DNA of 64,000 nt, from NCBI GenBank assembly GCA_963839525.1, contig CAWIVJ010000013.1, positions 3,183-67,182 on the forward strand, read 5' to 3'. Under the pieces are notes generated by a model, which had not been told where the DNA came from, searched no databases, and saw only the letters and a list, made by a program, of their open reading frames with translations. This DNA is from an uncultured bacterium (GTDB lineage: Bacteria; Cyanobacteriota; Vampirovibrionia; Gastranaerophilales; Gastranaerophilaceae). Shown piece after piece: positions 38,518 through 48,669 of the stretch. A program made the position numbers and the translations under genes. How positions within the stretch are numbered: position 1 is the stretch's first letter; each line of letters begins with the position of its first letter.

Positions 38518-40684
38518 TGTGTTTTTCTAATTCTTTAATTTTATCATCTAATTCTTCATCAATAAATTTATCCGGAAGGTTAATTTTTGTTTTGTCAAGT
38601 TCATGAACAAAATCTTCATGGTAACGAATTCTGTTATGCTGCATGCCTCTTAAAATTCTGTTAAAAGTTGCAGCAATTGTCTTGATGTCTTTCAATGTCA
38701 AAGGGCTGTCTGAAAGCTGTCCGTCATTTAGCCTTTCCACAATAATTTTATCTATAATTTTTTCAATTTCTTCGTTTGTAGGAGTTTTCAAAGAGCGGAC
38801 AGCTGATTCTACTGCATCTGCAATCATAAGTATAGCTGTTTCTTTCATATTTGGCTTAGGACCTGTATATCTGAATTGCTCTTCTTTAACATTGTCAGCT
38901 CCTTCTTCTGCAAGTGCCTGACTATAAAAATAACTTGTAACACCTTCACCATGGTGTTGAAGTATAAAATTGTATATAATAGGCGGAAGCCCATATTCTT
39001 TAGCTAATTCAAAACCATCTTTAGGATGTGCCGTAATAACCATTTTACTTAGTCTTGGATTAAGTTTTGTATGAGGATTTTCTATACCAAAATAAGATTG
39101 GTTTTCCACAAAAAACAAAGGTCTTTTTAACTTTCCTATATCATGGTAGAAGGCTCCTACTCTTGCTAAAATTGGATTTGCACCGACAGCTTCAGCTGCT
39201 GCTTCACAGAGATTTGAAACCATCAAGCTGTGATGGTAAGTTCCGGGTGCTTCAAATTGTAACCGTTTTAAAAGAGGCTGATTGTGGTCTGCAAGTTCGG
39301 CAAGACCGTAAGGAGTTATTATTTTGAACGCACTCTCCAATAAAGGCAATAGACCTAAAGCAATTACTCCGCTCAATGCTCCATTTATAAGTACTATTGA
39401 AGAATCTTTTATTATAAGCAGATTTTCAATATCTGTAAAACATTTTTCAAGAGAATAAATAGTTAATACAATAATTAAAGAAGCAGCACCAATTTCTATT
39501 CCTGTCCTTATAAGGTCAAATCGGCGAGAAAATTTTAAGCTCGCAATAACAATCATAGAAATTAAATTAATTAAAATAAAAGCACCCACAAATTGAAGAT
39601 TATAACCCATTACAACAGTTAGAATAGCTAAAAGAATGGATGCTTCTACAAACGCTATTTTAGGATTTGTTAATATAGATAAGATAATTATAAAAGCAGG
39701 AAACGGTAAAACATATGGTGAGAATCCATTTGGAATCAGTATTGATATAAACGCAAATACTAAAGCTAAAACAGCAGATATCATAATATAATTCGATTCA
39801 AAGAAATTCTTTTCAAATGTTTTTATGTATTTTAAAAATGATAATGTACCTAAAGCAACAAGTACTAATATTCCCAAAAAACCTTTGTAGTCTAGTTCAA
39901 GAATGTTATACCCGGCCTTTGCCAAAGCATCACGTTTCAGTTTGGTAACGGGTTCTCCTTCAAAAAGAATTTTCTCACCTTTTTTAAATGTGACTTCGTA
40001 GGGTTTAACTAAATTTTGTGCATTTCTTCTGGCAATATCTGTTGCATATTCATCTATAACAAGATTTGGAACAATTACTTGTTCCAAAAGAGCTTTTATG
40101 ATTGTAATTTGGTTTTTAGGGACATTTGAAACTAAATTCTTATATATAATATTTCCCATATTATTTTTTTCATAATCTTTTTCGGTAATACCGATACCAA
40201 GAATATTTGTTAAAGTTAAAGCAGACTTGTCAAAAACCTGTTGCAAGTCTTTTTCATTGGTTTTTAACAGGTAATTTATTACATAATTTTTTTTATACTT
40301 TTCAGAAATATCCAAAAGCAACCCCAATTCATCTTTTTTTACTGAAACAGGAGCATCTTTTTTTCTTATTTGAAGAATAGAACTTTGCAAAGTTGCTAAG
40401 TTATTTTTAATAAAATTATCTTCTGCAGGTGCTAAAATGGGATCAATTTTTTGAGCTATTTCTTTTTTATGAGCTTCTGTTTTTTGAACATCAATGACTG
40501 TAATTGTTTTTTGTGCAACTATATCCTTTTTGCTTATTCCATTTTCTATGATACTTTTAAAAAATAAATTTGGAGAAGATACAATTGCACTCATAATTGT
40601 TATAAAAGCTAAAAAAGCCAAAGAATTGAGTACCTTTGCAGATGATAAAAATTCAGCCGAGCTTTCAAAAAATTTTGATTTCAT
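38492..40684 (-). CDS. 7TM-receptor HD-domain phosphohydrolase (PgpH/YqfF-like)
   Basis: Extracellular N-domain, about 7 TM helices, and an HD domain (HHSLMVSNL ... YHDIGK). Conserved pairing with ybeY. Confidence 0.85.
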   Translation of the reverse strand: MKSKFFESSAEFLSSAKVLNSLAFLAFITIMSAIVSSPNLFFKSIIENGISKKDIVAQKTITVIDVQKTEAHKKEIAQKIDPILAPAEDNFIKNNLATLQSSILQIRKKDAPVSVKKDELGLLLDISEKYKKNYVINYLLKTNEKDLQQVFDKSALTLTNILGIGITEKDYEKNNMGNIIYKNLVSNVPKNQITIIKALLEQVIVPNLVIDEYATDIARRNAQNLVKPYEVTFKKGEKILFEGEPVTKLKRDALAKAGYNILELDYKGFLGILVLVALGTLSFLKYIKTFEKNFFESNYIMISAVLALVFAFISILIPNGFSPYVLPFPAFIIILSILTNPKIAFVEASILLAILTVVMGYNLQFVGAFILINLISMIVIASLKFSRRFDLIRTGIEIGAASLIIVLTIYSLEKCFTDIENLLIIKDSSIVLINGALSGVIALGLLPLLESAFKIITPYGLAELADHNQPLLKRLQFEAPGTYHHSLMVSNLCEAAAEAVGANPILARVGAFYHDIGKLKRPLFFVENQSYFGIENPHTKLNPRLSKMVITAHPKDGFELAKEYGLPPIIYNFILQHHGEGVTSYFYSQALAEEGADNVKEEQFRYTGPKPNMKETAILMIADAVESAVRSLKTPTNEEIEKIIDKIIVERLNDGQLSDSPLTLKDIKTIAATFNRILRGMQHNRIRYHEDFVHELDKTKINLPDKFIDEELDDKIKELEKHNDNSNDKD

Positions 40685-40818
40685 AGAGTAATTCCTCTTA
40701 TAATAATTGTCATTATATAACGGTTGTAAATAAAATCAAGTGGTTAAAGGGTGAAAAGTGAAAAGGATAATACATATATGCAATTTAAAACCGTCAAGTT
40801 TTTCGGGTGTTCAAAAAA

Positions 40819-42654
40819 TTATTCCTCTTCCAATTTTTTAATCTCTGCTAAGTTTGGGTCTAATAGTCTTCTTCCAACATTATCAAAATTAATTGAATAC
40901 AAAGTCTTTGAACCGTAAGAAATTAATTTTTCTACCATTCCCTTGCCATATTTAGGATGAGTTATAATATCACCTTGCCCAATTTTATCAGATTGAACTT
41001 TAGATTCGATTTCGGCGGAATAAATCGGAACTATTGGAGTTGAAGAAATGCTTGCCGGTAAAATATCAACAGGAGATTCCTGCAGGGTTTCTTCTTGCGC
41101 TTGCTGGTTCATAACTTCTGAAAAGCTTGCAGAAACTTCTTCTTCTTCTTCAACGTTTTCGTTTATTTGTTTTTCTTCTTCTAATTCATCAATTATTTTT
41201 TCTTCAACTCCGGTTGAATCTTGTTCACTTTTTCCTGTTTCATCAATAATTTCTTCTTCAATAAAGTCAAGATCTTCTTCTGTTAATTCATCCGGCATAA
41301 TTTCTGCATCAAAGTCTTCTTTAGTTCCCTCTTTTTTAGGAGCAGTATAAATTTCATCTACATCACGCTTTATTTCTTCATACAATGAATCTTCTTGATG
41401 AGCCTGTTCTTCTGTTTTACTTTCCTCAACAATTTCGCTGACGGGTTCTGAAATTTTTGCCAATTTCACAATAAAAGGTATATTATGTGTCAATTGCCCG
41501 TAAACTATAAATTCATGCTGGTTTAGTTTACTTAAAAATACATTATAGGTCCCAAAATCGTCTTGTTTTTGAATAGGGGCAAAAAAGATTAGATTTTTTG
41601 AAAGCTGCTTTAATTCTTTTAAATATTTGTAAGAATAAGAGCATATTAAAATTGAATAAGTTTGTTTCACAGTGAAAATTTGTTTCAACAGCTTTTTATC
41701 AGAGTTGGAATTATTTACGTTGACAATTATATAAATTTCATTATCAAGTTGATTTATTAGGGAATAAACGTAAGAAATCATCTGCCTTTGAATTTTATCT
41801 TCAACTTTAGATAAATCAAAAATTGTCGGCTCATTTTTTTCAAGAGAATTTTGAAGGGAAACAAATTCACTTTTGCTCTGAGCAAAAATTCCTTCTTCAT
41901 AATATTTCAGAAGTTTATTTTTAAGCAAAATTAACTCAACAAGTTCTATTTCTTCGTATTGTTTGTCAACCACATCTTTAAAAGTTTCAAACGGAATAAA
42001 TTGTTCCGGCAAAGATTTTACATAGTTTTGAACTTCCAGAAAAACTTCCTGAATAATAGCTTTAGTTTCAGAGGAAGCATCTTCAAGTTGATTGTATATG
42101 AAATTAATTGAATCGTAGTTTAAAGGAAGCTTAAATTCTTCTGTTGAAGTAACTTTATTTTTTGAGAAATCTAAAGTTCCCTCCAAATCGAATACTAAAA
42201 CTTTTTTCCCCTGTTTTGCCAGTTGAACAGCAAAGTTATTTACCAATAAATCATTATCATCCTGTTTTTCGGAACAAATTAATAATTTATCTTCAAAAAA
42301 TCTTCTATCAAGGCTTAAGGCTATATTTTGCTGTGCTAATTCACCCAACAAAAAAGGGTTTTCAGAAGTGAAAAGTTCTAAAATTTCTTGCGAATTAACT
42401 ATTTCTATTAAACATTTTGCATCAGGGATAGACCCGTTATAACTCGAAATGACTCCCTCGGCATTAAAAATAAAAAGCAGCTTTACAACAGCAAAATTTC
42501 CTTTTGAATTGGATTCTAAATGAATAATTTGTCCTATAAAGGACTTTATTGCATCTTTAATAACAACAAAACCCGATAAAATAAGATTTTCTTGTGTTGT
42601 GTCATAACTTACTTTGACTAAATTATTCTTTACTTCAACTATTTGCATAGCCAA
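40819..42654 (-). CDS. hypothetical 611-aa protein with a beta-barrel-like N-terminus, a degenerate P-loop-like middle, an acidic linker and a PcrA/UvrD-Tudor-like C-terminus
   Basis: The C-terminal GDIITHPKYGKGMVEKLISYGSKTLYSINFDNVGRRLLDPNLAEI resembles the helicase C-terminal Tudor/DUF3553 motif. No intact Walker A found. Confidence 0.6.
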   Translation of the reverse strand: MAMQIVEVKNNLVKVSYDTTQENLILSGFVVIKDAIKSFIGQIIHLESNSKGNFAVVKLLFIFNAEGVISSYNGSIPDAKCLIEIVNSQEILELFTSENPFLLGELAQQNIALSLDRRFFEDKLLICSEKQDDNDLLVNNFAVQLAKQGKKVLVFDLEGTLDFSKNKVTSTEEFKLPLNYDSINFIYNQLEDASSETKAIIQEVFLEVQNYVKSLPEQFIPFETFKDVVDKQYEEIELVELILLKNKLLKYYEEGIFAQSKSEFVSLQNSLEKNEPTIFDLSKVEDKIQRQMISYVYSLINQLDNEIYIIVNVNNSNSDKKLLKQIFTVKQTYSILICSYSYKYLKELKQLSKNLIFFAPIQKQDDFGTYNVFLSKLNQHEFIVYGQLTHNIPFIVKLAKISEPVSEIVEESKTEEQAHQEDSLYEEIKRDVDEIYTAPKKEGTKEDFDAEIMPDELTEEDLDFIEEEIIDETGKSEQDSTGVEEKIIDELEEEKQINENVEEEEEVSASFSEVMNQQAQEETLQESPVDILPASISSTPIVPIYSAEIESKVQSDKIGQGDIITHPKYGKGMVEKLISYGSKTLYSINFDNVGRRLLDPNLAEIKKLEEE

Positions 42655-42760
42655 TCCTTATTTACAGGAATTATTATACTATAAAATATAAAAAAGCAAA
42701 AAAGAAAGTAATTAATACATAAAATTTAAAATTATTACGAATTGTAAACCTGGATTTCAA

Positions 42761-43021
42761 ATGCTTAAAAGTATTAAGAAAATGTCCTGATAATGAATTT
42801 AACATTTATAATAAAACCTTAGAAAGTTTTCAAAAGATTCTTCCAAAAATTACCCTTAATATAAGAATACCAAAGGAAAGTTTACTGCAGTTGATTCAGA
42901 AACAGGAATAGAAATATTCTCCGAAAAAAATTATTCAGGCAAATCCATTAAATTTATTTTAAATGCTATTCATAATTATTCTGGGAAGCTTCATAAACAT
43001 TTTCTCAACAAAACTAAATAA
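42761..43021 (+). pseudogene. small ORF broken by two frameshifts
   Basis: MLKSIKKMS* / ..CPDNEFNIYNKTLESFQKILPKITLNIRIPK.. / ..GKFTAVDSETGIEIFSEKNYSGKSIKFILNAIHNYSGKLHKHFLNKTK* read through three frames. Confidence 0.25.
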
Positions 43022-43166
43022 TTGAAGCTCCAAATAAAATTCATTTGCTTACTTCTTTAAGTCATGTTAAGAATAAAGTTAATTTTTTTATCTTTTATTT
43101 GTATTTTTGTGTAGAATAAAATAAAATAATGTTGGATATTAGAGAAGTTTAGGAAGAGCGCTAAAA

Positions 43167-43655
43167 ATGCCTGTAATTCAAGAAAAAAAAGTCCTATCGC
43201 CGCAAGAGGTCAGAAATATTTTAAAAACAGACAATCATGAAATTGTAAGACTTTGCAAAAAGGCTTCTATTGTGCCAAAGAAAGATCGTAACGGCCAGAC
43301 CTATTTTTCTTATGAAGAAGTCCAAAATTTAAAAAAGCTTAATGAAAATTCTGCAAAAAGCACGGCATTGATACATACGGATTCTCAAAAAGTTGTGGGA
43401 AATCTGCTTTCAACACTTGAAACTATGGAAAAGAATATTACAAATTCCATGTCAAAAATTATTGATGAAAAACTTGACGGAATGGATGAAGTTGTAGTTG
43501 AATTAATCCGCTGCAAAACCGAAAACGAATCTTTAAGACAAAAAATTAATGAATTAAATAAAGAAAATTATCATTTAAAAAATACTGTTAAAAGTTACAA
43601 ATCAGTAGGTTTAGGGCTTTATGTAAAAAAAGCTAATGATGATTTTTCATTGTAA
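43167..43655 (+). CDS. MerR/excisionase-like HTH plus coiled-coil protein upstream of recA
   Basis: LSPQEVRNILKTDNHEIVRLCKKASIVPKKDRNGQTYFSYEEVQNLKKL, followed by a heptad-rich C-terminus. Confidence 0.5.
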   Translation: MPVIQEKKVLSPQEVRNILKTDNHEIVRLCKKASIVPKKDRNGQTYFSYEEVQNLKKLNENSAKSTALIHTDSQKVVGNLLSTLETMEKNITNSMSKIIDEKLDGMDEVVVELIRCKTENESLRQKINELNKENYHLKNTVKSYKSVGLGLYVKKANDDFSL

Positions 43656-43661
43656 TGTTAT

Positions 43662-43735
43662 GTCATGCCGAATTTATTTCAGCATCTATCCATCTTACTA
43701 AACTGATAAAATACTGAAAACAATTTCAGGATAGC
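43662..43735. repeat. REP/MITE-like double-hairpin element, copy D (degenerate second arm)
   Basis: GTCATGCCGAATTTATTTCAGCATC ... ATACTGAAAACAATTTCAGGATAGC in the 142-bp gap before recA. Confidence 0.55.
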
Positions 43736-43797
43736 AAAATTAAAGTTAAATATCTATAAATTAAAAAATTTACAAAATTGGGAAAAGAGGCAAAATT

Positions 43798-44820
43798 ATG
43801 GCGACAGTAAAAGAAAAAGATGTACCTTCTATTTCGGAAGAAAAAAATAAAGCATTAAAATTAGCTATTGAAAAAATCGAAAAAGATTTCGGCAAAGGTT
43901 CAATAATGAAGCTGGGGGATAGACCTTCAGTAAATGTGGAAGCTATTCCTACAGGCGCATTAGCACTTGACGTTGCCTTGGGAATCGGAGGAATTCCCAG
44001 AGGAAGAATCATAGAAATTTACGGACCTGAAAGCTCCGGTAAGACAACTCTCGCACAGCATATTGTTGCTGAATGTCAAAAAAAAGGCGGAATTGCAGCA
44101 TTTGTTGATGCTGAACATGCTCTTGATCCTGAATACGCAAAAGCTTTGGGAGTAAATATTGATGATTTGCTTATCTCACAGCCTGATACAGGCGAGCAGG
44201 CACTTGATATAACAGAAGAGTTAGTTCGTTCCGGTGCTGTTGATATCGTTGTTGTAGATTCGGTTGCCGCTCTTGTTCCAAAGGCTGAAATTGAAGGCTC
44301 AATGGAAGATCAGCAAATGGGGCTTCAAGCTCGTTTGATGAGCAAAGCTTTAAGGAAACTGACGGGTGTTATAGGTAAAACCAATACAACAGTTATTTTC
44401 ATCAACCAGTTAAGAATGAAAATAGGTATTATGTACGGAAACCCTGAAACAACAACCGGTGGAAACGCCTTAAAATATTACGCAAGTGTCCGCATGGAGA
44501 TAAAAAGAACAGAAGGGCTGAAAAAAGATGCGGAAGATGTGGGAAATCACGTTCGAGTACGTGTTTTGAAAAATAAAGTAGCACCGCCGTTCAGGCAGGC
44601 AGAATTTGATATTATTTTCGGCAAAGGAATTTGCAAAATCGGAAATATTCTTGATGTTGCAGTTAATCTTGATATAGTTAAAAAAGCCGGTGCATGGTTT
44701 AGCTATGATGATGAAAAACTGGGGCAAGGTCGGGACAAATCAAAAGAGTTTTTGGAGGCAAACCCAACATTGCTTGCCGAGATACAATCTTTGGTAAGAG
44801 AAAAGTTAGCTCAAGCGTAA
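43798..44820 (+). CDS. recA: recombinase RecA
   Basis: [22 protein letters not shown] and the rest is canonical RecA. Confidence 0.98.
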   Translation: MATVKEKDVPSISEEKNKALKLAIEKIEKDFGKGSIMKLGDRPSVNVEAIPTGALALDVALGIGGIPRGRIIEIYGPESSGKTTLAQHIVAECQKKGGIAAFVDAEHALDPEYAKALGVNIDDLLISQPDTGEQALDITEELVRSGAVDIVVVDSVAALVPKAEIEGSMEDQQMGLQARLMSKALRKLTGVIGKTNTTVIFINQLRMKIGIMYGNPETTTGGNALKYYASVRMEIKRTEGLKKDAEDVGNHVRVRVLKNKVAPPFRQAEFDIIFGKGICKIGNILDVAVNLDIVKKAGAWFSYDDEKLGQGRDKSKEFLEANPTLLAEIQSLVREKLAQA

Positions 44821-44845
44821 TTTTAGGATTTGCATGAAAAAAGCT

Positions 44846-45160
44846 CTACTTTAAAATAAACTTTTTGTTTTGATTTTTTCCTAACCAATCAAAAAGCTGA
44901 GTTAATTCCATAGATTTCTTTTTGACAAATACTAACAAAATATCAGTATTAATTCCGCTTGCAAAAAGCATTAATTTACCGATATTTTCAACTGTAATAA
45001 AATTGTCTTGAAACTTATAGAACAAAATTTCGCGGCCGGTTTCCAGCTCTTTTGCAATGGTATATAAGTGATACTTTTTAAATGAGTTCTTATTAATTTT
45101 TACAGGGCAATTTTTGATTAAAAACTCTTTTTCTTCTTTGGGAACCTTGTAATGATTCAT
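44846..45160 (-). CDS. hypothetical protein (104 aa)
   Basis: ORF with GGAGG upstream; no family recognised. Confidence 0.45.
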   Translation of the reverse strand: MNHYKVPKEEKEFLIKNCPVKINKNSFKKYHLYTIAKELETGREILFYKFQDNFITVENIGKLMLFASGINTDILLVFVKKKSMELTQLFDWLGKNQNKKFILK

Positions 45161-45278
45161 AAAAGCCTCCTTAATGTGTAGTTAAATCCTACTTCAAGTA
45201 TAATAATATGTTGATAGAAATTGAAATTAAAGCACTATATAATGTTTATAGTATAATCATAATGAGTTATTAAAACAA

Positions 45279-45467
45279 TTAGGTTTGAATGTAAAAGCGG
45301 AACTTTCAAGGAAAGGATTTAATTCAAGAAGTTTTGGGATAGAGGGCAAGACTTAACCGTGAACACATAAGCCTGATAGAATGTGAACGCGTAAACATGT
45401 CCCTGAAAAAATTGTTGAATTTACAAATTACTTAGGTGCTGATTTGAAAGAAATTTTAAGATTTTAA
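45279..45467 (+). pseudogene. XRE-family HTH gene remnant (two frameshifts and an in-frame TAG)
   Basis: LGLNVKAELSRKGFN / QEVLG*RARLNREHISLIECERVNMSLKK / IVEFTNYLGADLKEILRF* in three frames. Confidence 0.45.
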
Positions 45468-45788
45468 AAGTAAATTAACATTTTTATGCAAGAATGTCAA
45501 GTTTGTTGCATTTTTCCTGAAAAACCTCTGTAATTAAAAGTTTAGCTTTATAGTTTTTTATGTTTTTAGTTAAAATTTATTCTAAATATAACGTTTTTAA
45601 GGAAGATGCTAAAAAACAAATAAAATATCTTTCAGATTTAATAAAAGATTCTATGATTTTTCCTTATAATTTAGTTAAAAAAAGATTAATAAACTAAAAA
45701 CAGAATTAAAACTTCAAACAGAGAAAACCCAACAAGAAATCTTTAAAATAATAAAGCTTAAATAATATAACTATTTAATTAATTTTAC

Positions 45789-45837
45789 ATAAACACTAAG
45801 GCGCGGATTTTTTTAAAATCCGCGCCTTAGTGTTTAT
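45789..45837 (-). terminator. very strong hairpin (23-bp perfect stem, 3-nt loop) just downstream of ppdK
   Basis: ATAAACACTAAGGCGCGGATTTT-TTT-AAAATCCGCGCCTTAGTGTTTAT, 13 nt after the ppdK stop. Confidence 0.7.
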
Positions 45838-45850
45838 ATGTTTGAGTTTA

Positions 45851-48511
45851 TTAATTGTGCGAAACGGTAAGCGAACCTTCCTCAACAACTGCTTGAGCAG
45901 CTGCTAATCTTGCCTGCGGCACTCTGAATGGTGAACAAGAAACATATTGCAAACCGATTTTGTGACAGAATTTCACTGAATCAGGATCTCCGCCATGCTC
46001 TCCGCAAATACCGCGTTTCAAGTTTGGTCTCACAGTCAAAGCTTTTTCCAAAGCTATCTGCATTAATTGACCAACACCGGCTGTATCTAAAGATTCAAAC
46101 GGATTTCTCGGCAATATTTTTTGTTCAACGTAATTACCTAAGAATTTACTTTCAGCGTCATCTCTTGAGTAACCGAATGTCATTTGAGTCAAGTCATTGG
46201 TACCGAAAGAGAAGAATTCAGCATATTCCGCAATTTCATTAGCTGTAAGTGCTGCTCTTGGAATCTCAATCATAGTACCGAACATATACTCAATTTCGCA
46301 TCCTTTTTCGTTCATAACTTCTTTTGCCACTCTTTCAAGCAAAGTTTGAACTGTTTTTAATTCATTAACATGGCCTACAAGAGGAATCATAATTTCAGGT
46401 TTAACATTTAGACCTTCTTTTTTCAAATCACAAGCTGCACTAAAGATTGCTCTCACTTGCATTTCGTTAATTTCAGGATAAGTTAAACCGAGTCTGCAGC
46501 CTCTTAAACCCATCATAGGGTTAGATTCAGACAAGTTTTCAACGATATGAAGCATTTCTTCATCTGCTTTATAATCTTCCCCTTTAGCTTTTTTAGTTGC
46601 AACTGTTGCAATTAATTCTTCTTTATTAGGCAAGAACTCGTGAAGAGGCGGGTCTAACAATCTGATTGTCATAGGAAGATCGCCTAATGCTTTGAACATA
46701 TCATAGAAATCTTTATACTGCATTGGAAGCAATTTGTCTAAAGCTTCTTTTCTTGCTTCAGGAGTTCCTGCAATAATCATTTTTTGTACCCAAGGCAATC
46801 TGTCCGGGTCCATGAACATATGTTCTGTTCTGCAAAGCCCAACACCTTTAGCACCTAATTCCAATGCTTTTGCAACATCGGTAGGTGTATCAGCATTTGC
46901 CCTTACAGTTAAACGCTTAATTTCGTCAACCCATTTGAATAATGTTTCAAAGTTTTCATCCATTTCAGGAATAACCGTTGTTATAGCACCATCCATAACT
47001 TCACCTGTACCGCCGTCTAAAGAAATAATGTCGTCTTTTTTAAACACTTTTCCAGAGGCTGTTAAAGTTTCGTTTTTAAGGTCGATTTTCAAATCTTCGC
47101 AACCTGCAACACATGGTTTACCCATACCTTTTGCAACAACTGCTGCGTGAGATGTCATACCGCCTCTTAATGTTAATACACCTTGAGAAGCTATCATACC
47201 GTGAATATCATCAGGACAAGTCTCTATTCTTACAAGAATAACTTTTTCGCCTGCTTCGCCACGTTCAGCTGCTTCATCGGTATTGAAAACAATTTTACCT
47301 ACAGCCGCACCCGGAGATGCTGCAAGACCTGTTGCTAATTTAGTTGCATTTTTCTTAGCTTCTAAATCAAAACTTGGTAACAATAATTGATATAATTGAT
47401 AAGGATCAACTAATTGAATCGCTCTTTCTTTAGAAATAATACCTTCGTTAGCCATTTCAACGGCAATTCTTACTGCTGCTTGAGAAGTTCTTTTGCCGTT
47501 TCTTGTTTGAAGGATATATAATTTACCTCTTTCAATTGTAAATTCCATATCTTGAACGTCTTTATAGCCAAGTTCAAGTTTTTTAGCTATTTCAACATAC
47601 TGGTTATACAATTCAGGCATTTCAGTTTCCAATTCAGCGATTTGTTTTGGAGTTCTGATACCTGCAACAACGTCTTCACCTTGTGCATTTGTTAAATATT
47701 CACCGTAAAATTTGTTTTCGCCTGTAGATGGATTTCTTGTGAAAGAAACACCTGTAGCAGAATCGTCACCCATGTTACCGAACACCATTGTTTGAACGTT
47801 TACTGCAGTACCGAAGTTGTGGTCAATTTTGTAGTGATTTCTGTAAGCAACCGCACGAGGAATATTCCAAGAGCTAAATACAGCTTCAATAGCAGCTTGA
47901 AGTTGTACATATGGATCTTGAGGGAAATCTTTTCCTGTTTCGTTTTTGATAATTTCTTTATAAGCAGGAATTAAAGATTTTAAACCTTCAACTGAAACTT
48001 GGGTATCAAGTTTAACACCTTCTTTAGTTTTAACTTCGTCAAGAACTTCTTCAAATTTTTCTCTTTCAATTTCCCAGGCAACTGAACCGAACATTGTTAA
48101 GAAACGGCGGTAGCTGTCATAAGCAAATCTCTCGTTATTTGTCAGTTTAATCATACCTTGAAGAGTTTCATCATTTAAGCCAAGGTTAAGAATAGTTTCC
48201 ATCATGCCCGGCATAGAAAGCCTTGCGCCTGAACGTACAGAAACTAAAAGCGGATTTGAAGCATCACCAAATTTTTTACCTGTGTGATATTCAACATCCG
48301 CTAAAGCTTTTTTTACATTTTCCATTAAACCTTCAGGCATCTTATTACCTGCATTAATGTATTCCATACAAGTTTCAGTCGTAATAGTCAACCCCGGGGG
48401 AACAGGAAGTCCCAAATTAGTCATTTCCGCAAGGTTTGCACCTTTTCCGCCAAGAAGATTACGCATAGAAGCATTTCCTTCTCTGAAAAGCCATACTCTT
48501 TTTTCTGTCAT
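45851..48511 (-). CDS. ppdK: pyruvate, phosphate dikinase
   Basis: KRVWLFREGNASMRNLLGGKGANLAEMTNLGLPVPPG, catalytic His region GGMTSHAAVVA, and a C-terminal PEP-utilising domain. Start set to ATG 48511, preceded by AAAGGAGA. Confidence 0.95.
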   Translation of the reverse strand: MTEKRVWLFREGNASMRNLLGGKGANLAEMTNLGLPVPPGLTITTETCMEYINAGNKMPEGLMENVKKALADVEYHTGKKFGDASNPLLVSVRSGARLSMPGMMETILNLGLNDETLQGMIKLTNNERFAYDSYRRFLTMFGSVAWEIEREKFEEVLDEVKTKEGVKLDTQVSVEGLKSLIPAYKEIIKNETGKDFPQDPYVQLQAAIEAVFSSWNIPRAVAYRNHYKIDHNFGTAVNVQTMVFGNMGDDSATGVSFTRNPSTGENKFYGEYLTNAQGEDVVAGIRTPKQIAELETEMPELYNQYVEIAKKLELGYKDVQDMEFTIERGKLYILQTRNGKRTSQAAVRIAVEMANEGIISKERAIQLVDPYQLYQLLLPSFDLEAKKNATKLATGLAASPGAAVGKIVFNTDEAAERGEAGEKVILVRIETCPDDIHGMIASQGVLTLRGGMTSHAAVVAKGMGKPCVAGCEDLKIDLKNETLTASGKVFKKDDIISLDGGTGEVMDGAITTVIPEMDENFETLFKWVDEIKRLTVRANADTPTDVAKALELGAKGVGLCRTEHMFMDPDRLPWVQKMIIAGTPEARKEALDKLLPMQYKDFYDMFKALGDLPMTIRLLDPPLHEFLPNKEELIATVATKKAKGEDYKADEEMLHIVENLSESNPMMGLRGCRLGLTYPEINEMQVRAIFSAACDLKKEGLNVKPEIMIPLVGHVNELKTVQTLLERVAKEVMNEKGCEIEYMFGTMIEIPRAALTANEIAEYAEFFSFGTNDLTQMTFGYSRDDAESKFLGNYVEQKILPRNPFESLDTAGVGQLMQIALEKALTVRPNLKRGICGEHGGDPDSVKFCHKIGLQYVSCSPFRVPQARLAAAQAVVEEGSLTVSHN

Positions 48512-48669
48512 TTTTTTTTCTCCTTTATGTTGCCTAAAATAAACATTCAAAATACTTCCAAAAAATTGTTTCTGACTGAATATTAACTTCAATTAAGTCA
48601 TTAATAGAGTAACACAAACAAAAACAATTACAAATAGTAAAACCTTTTTTTTTGTGTTTAAATTAGTTT

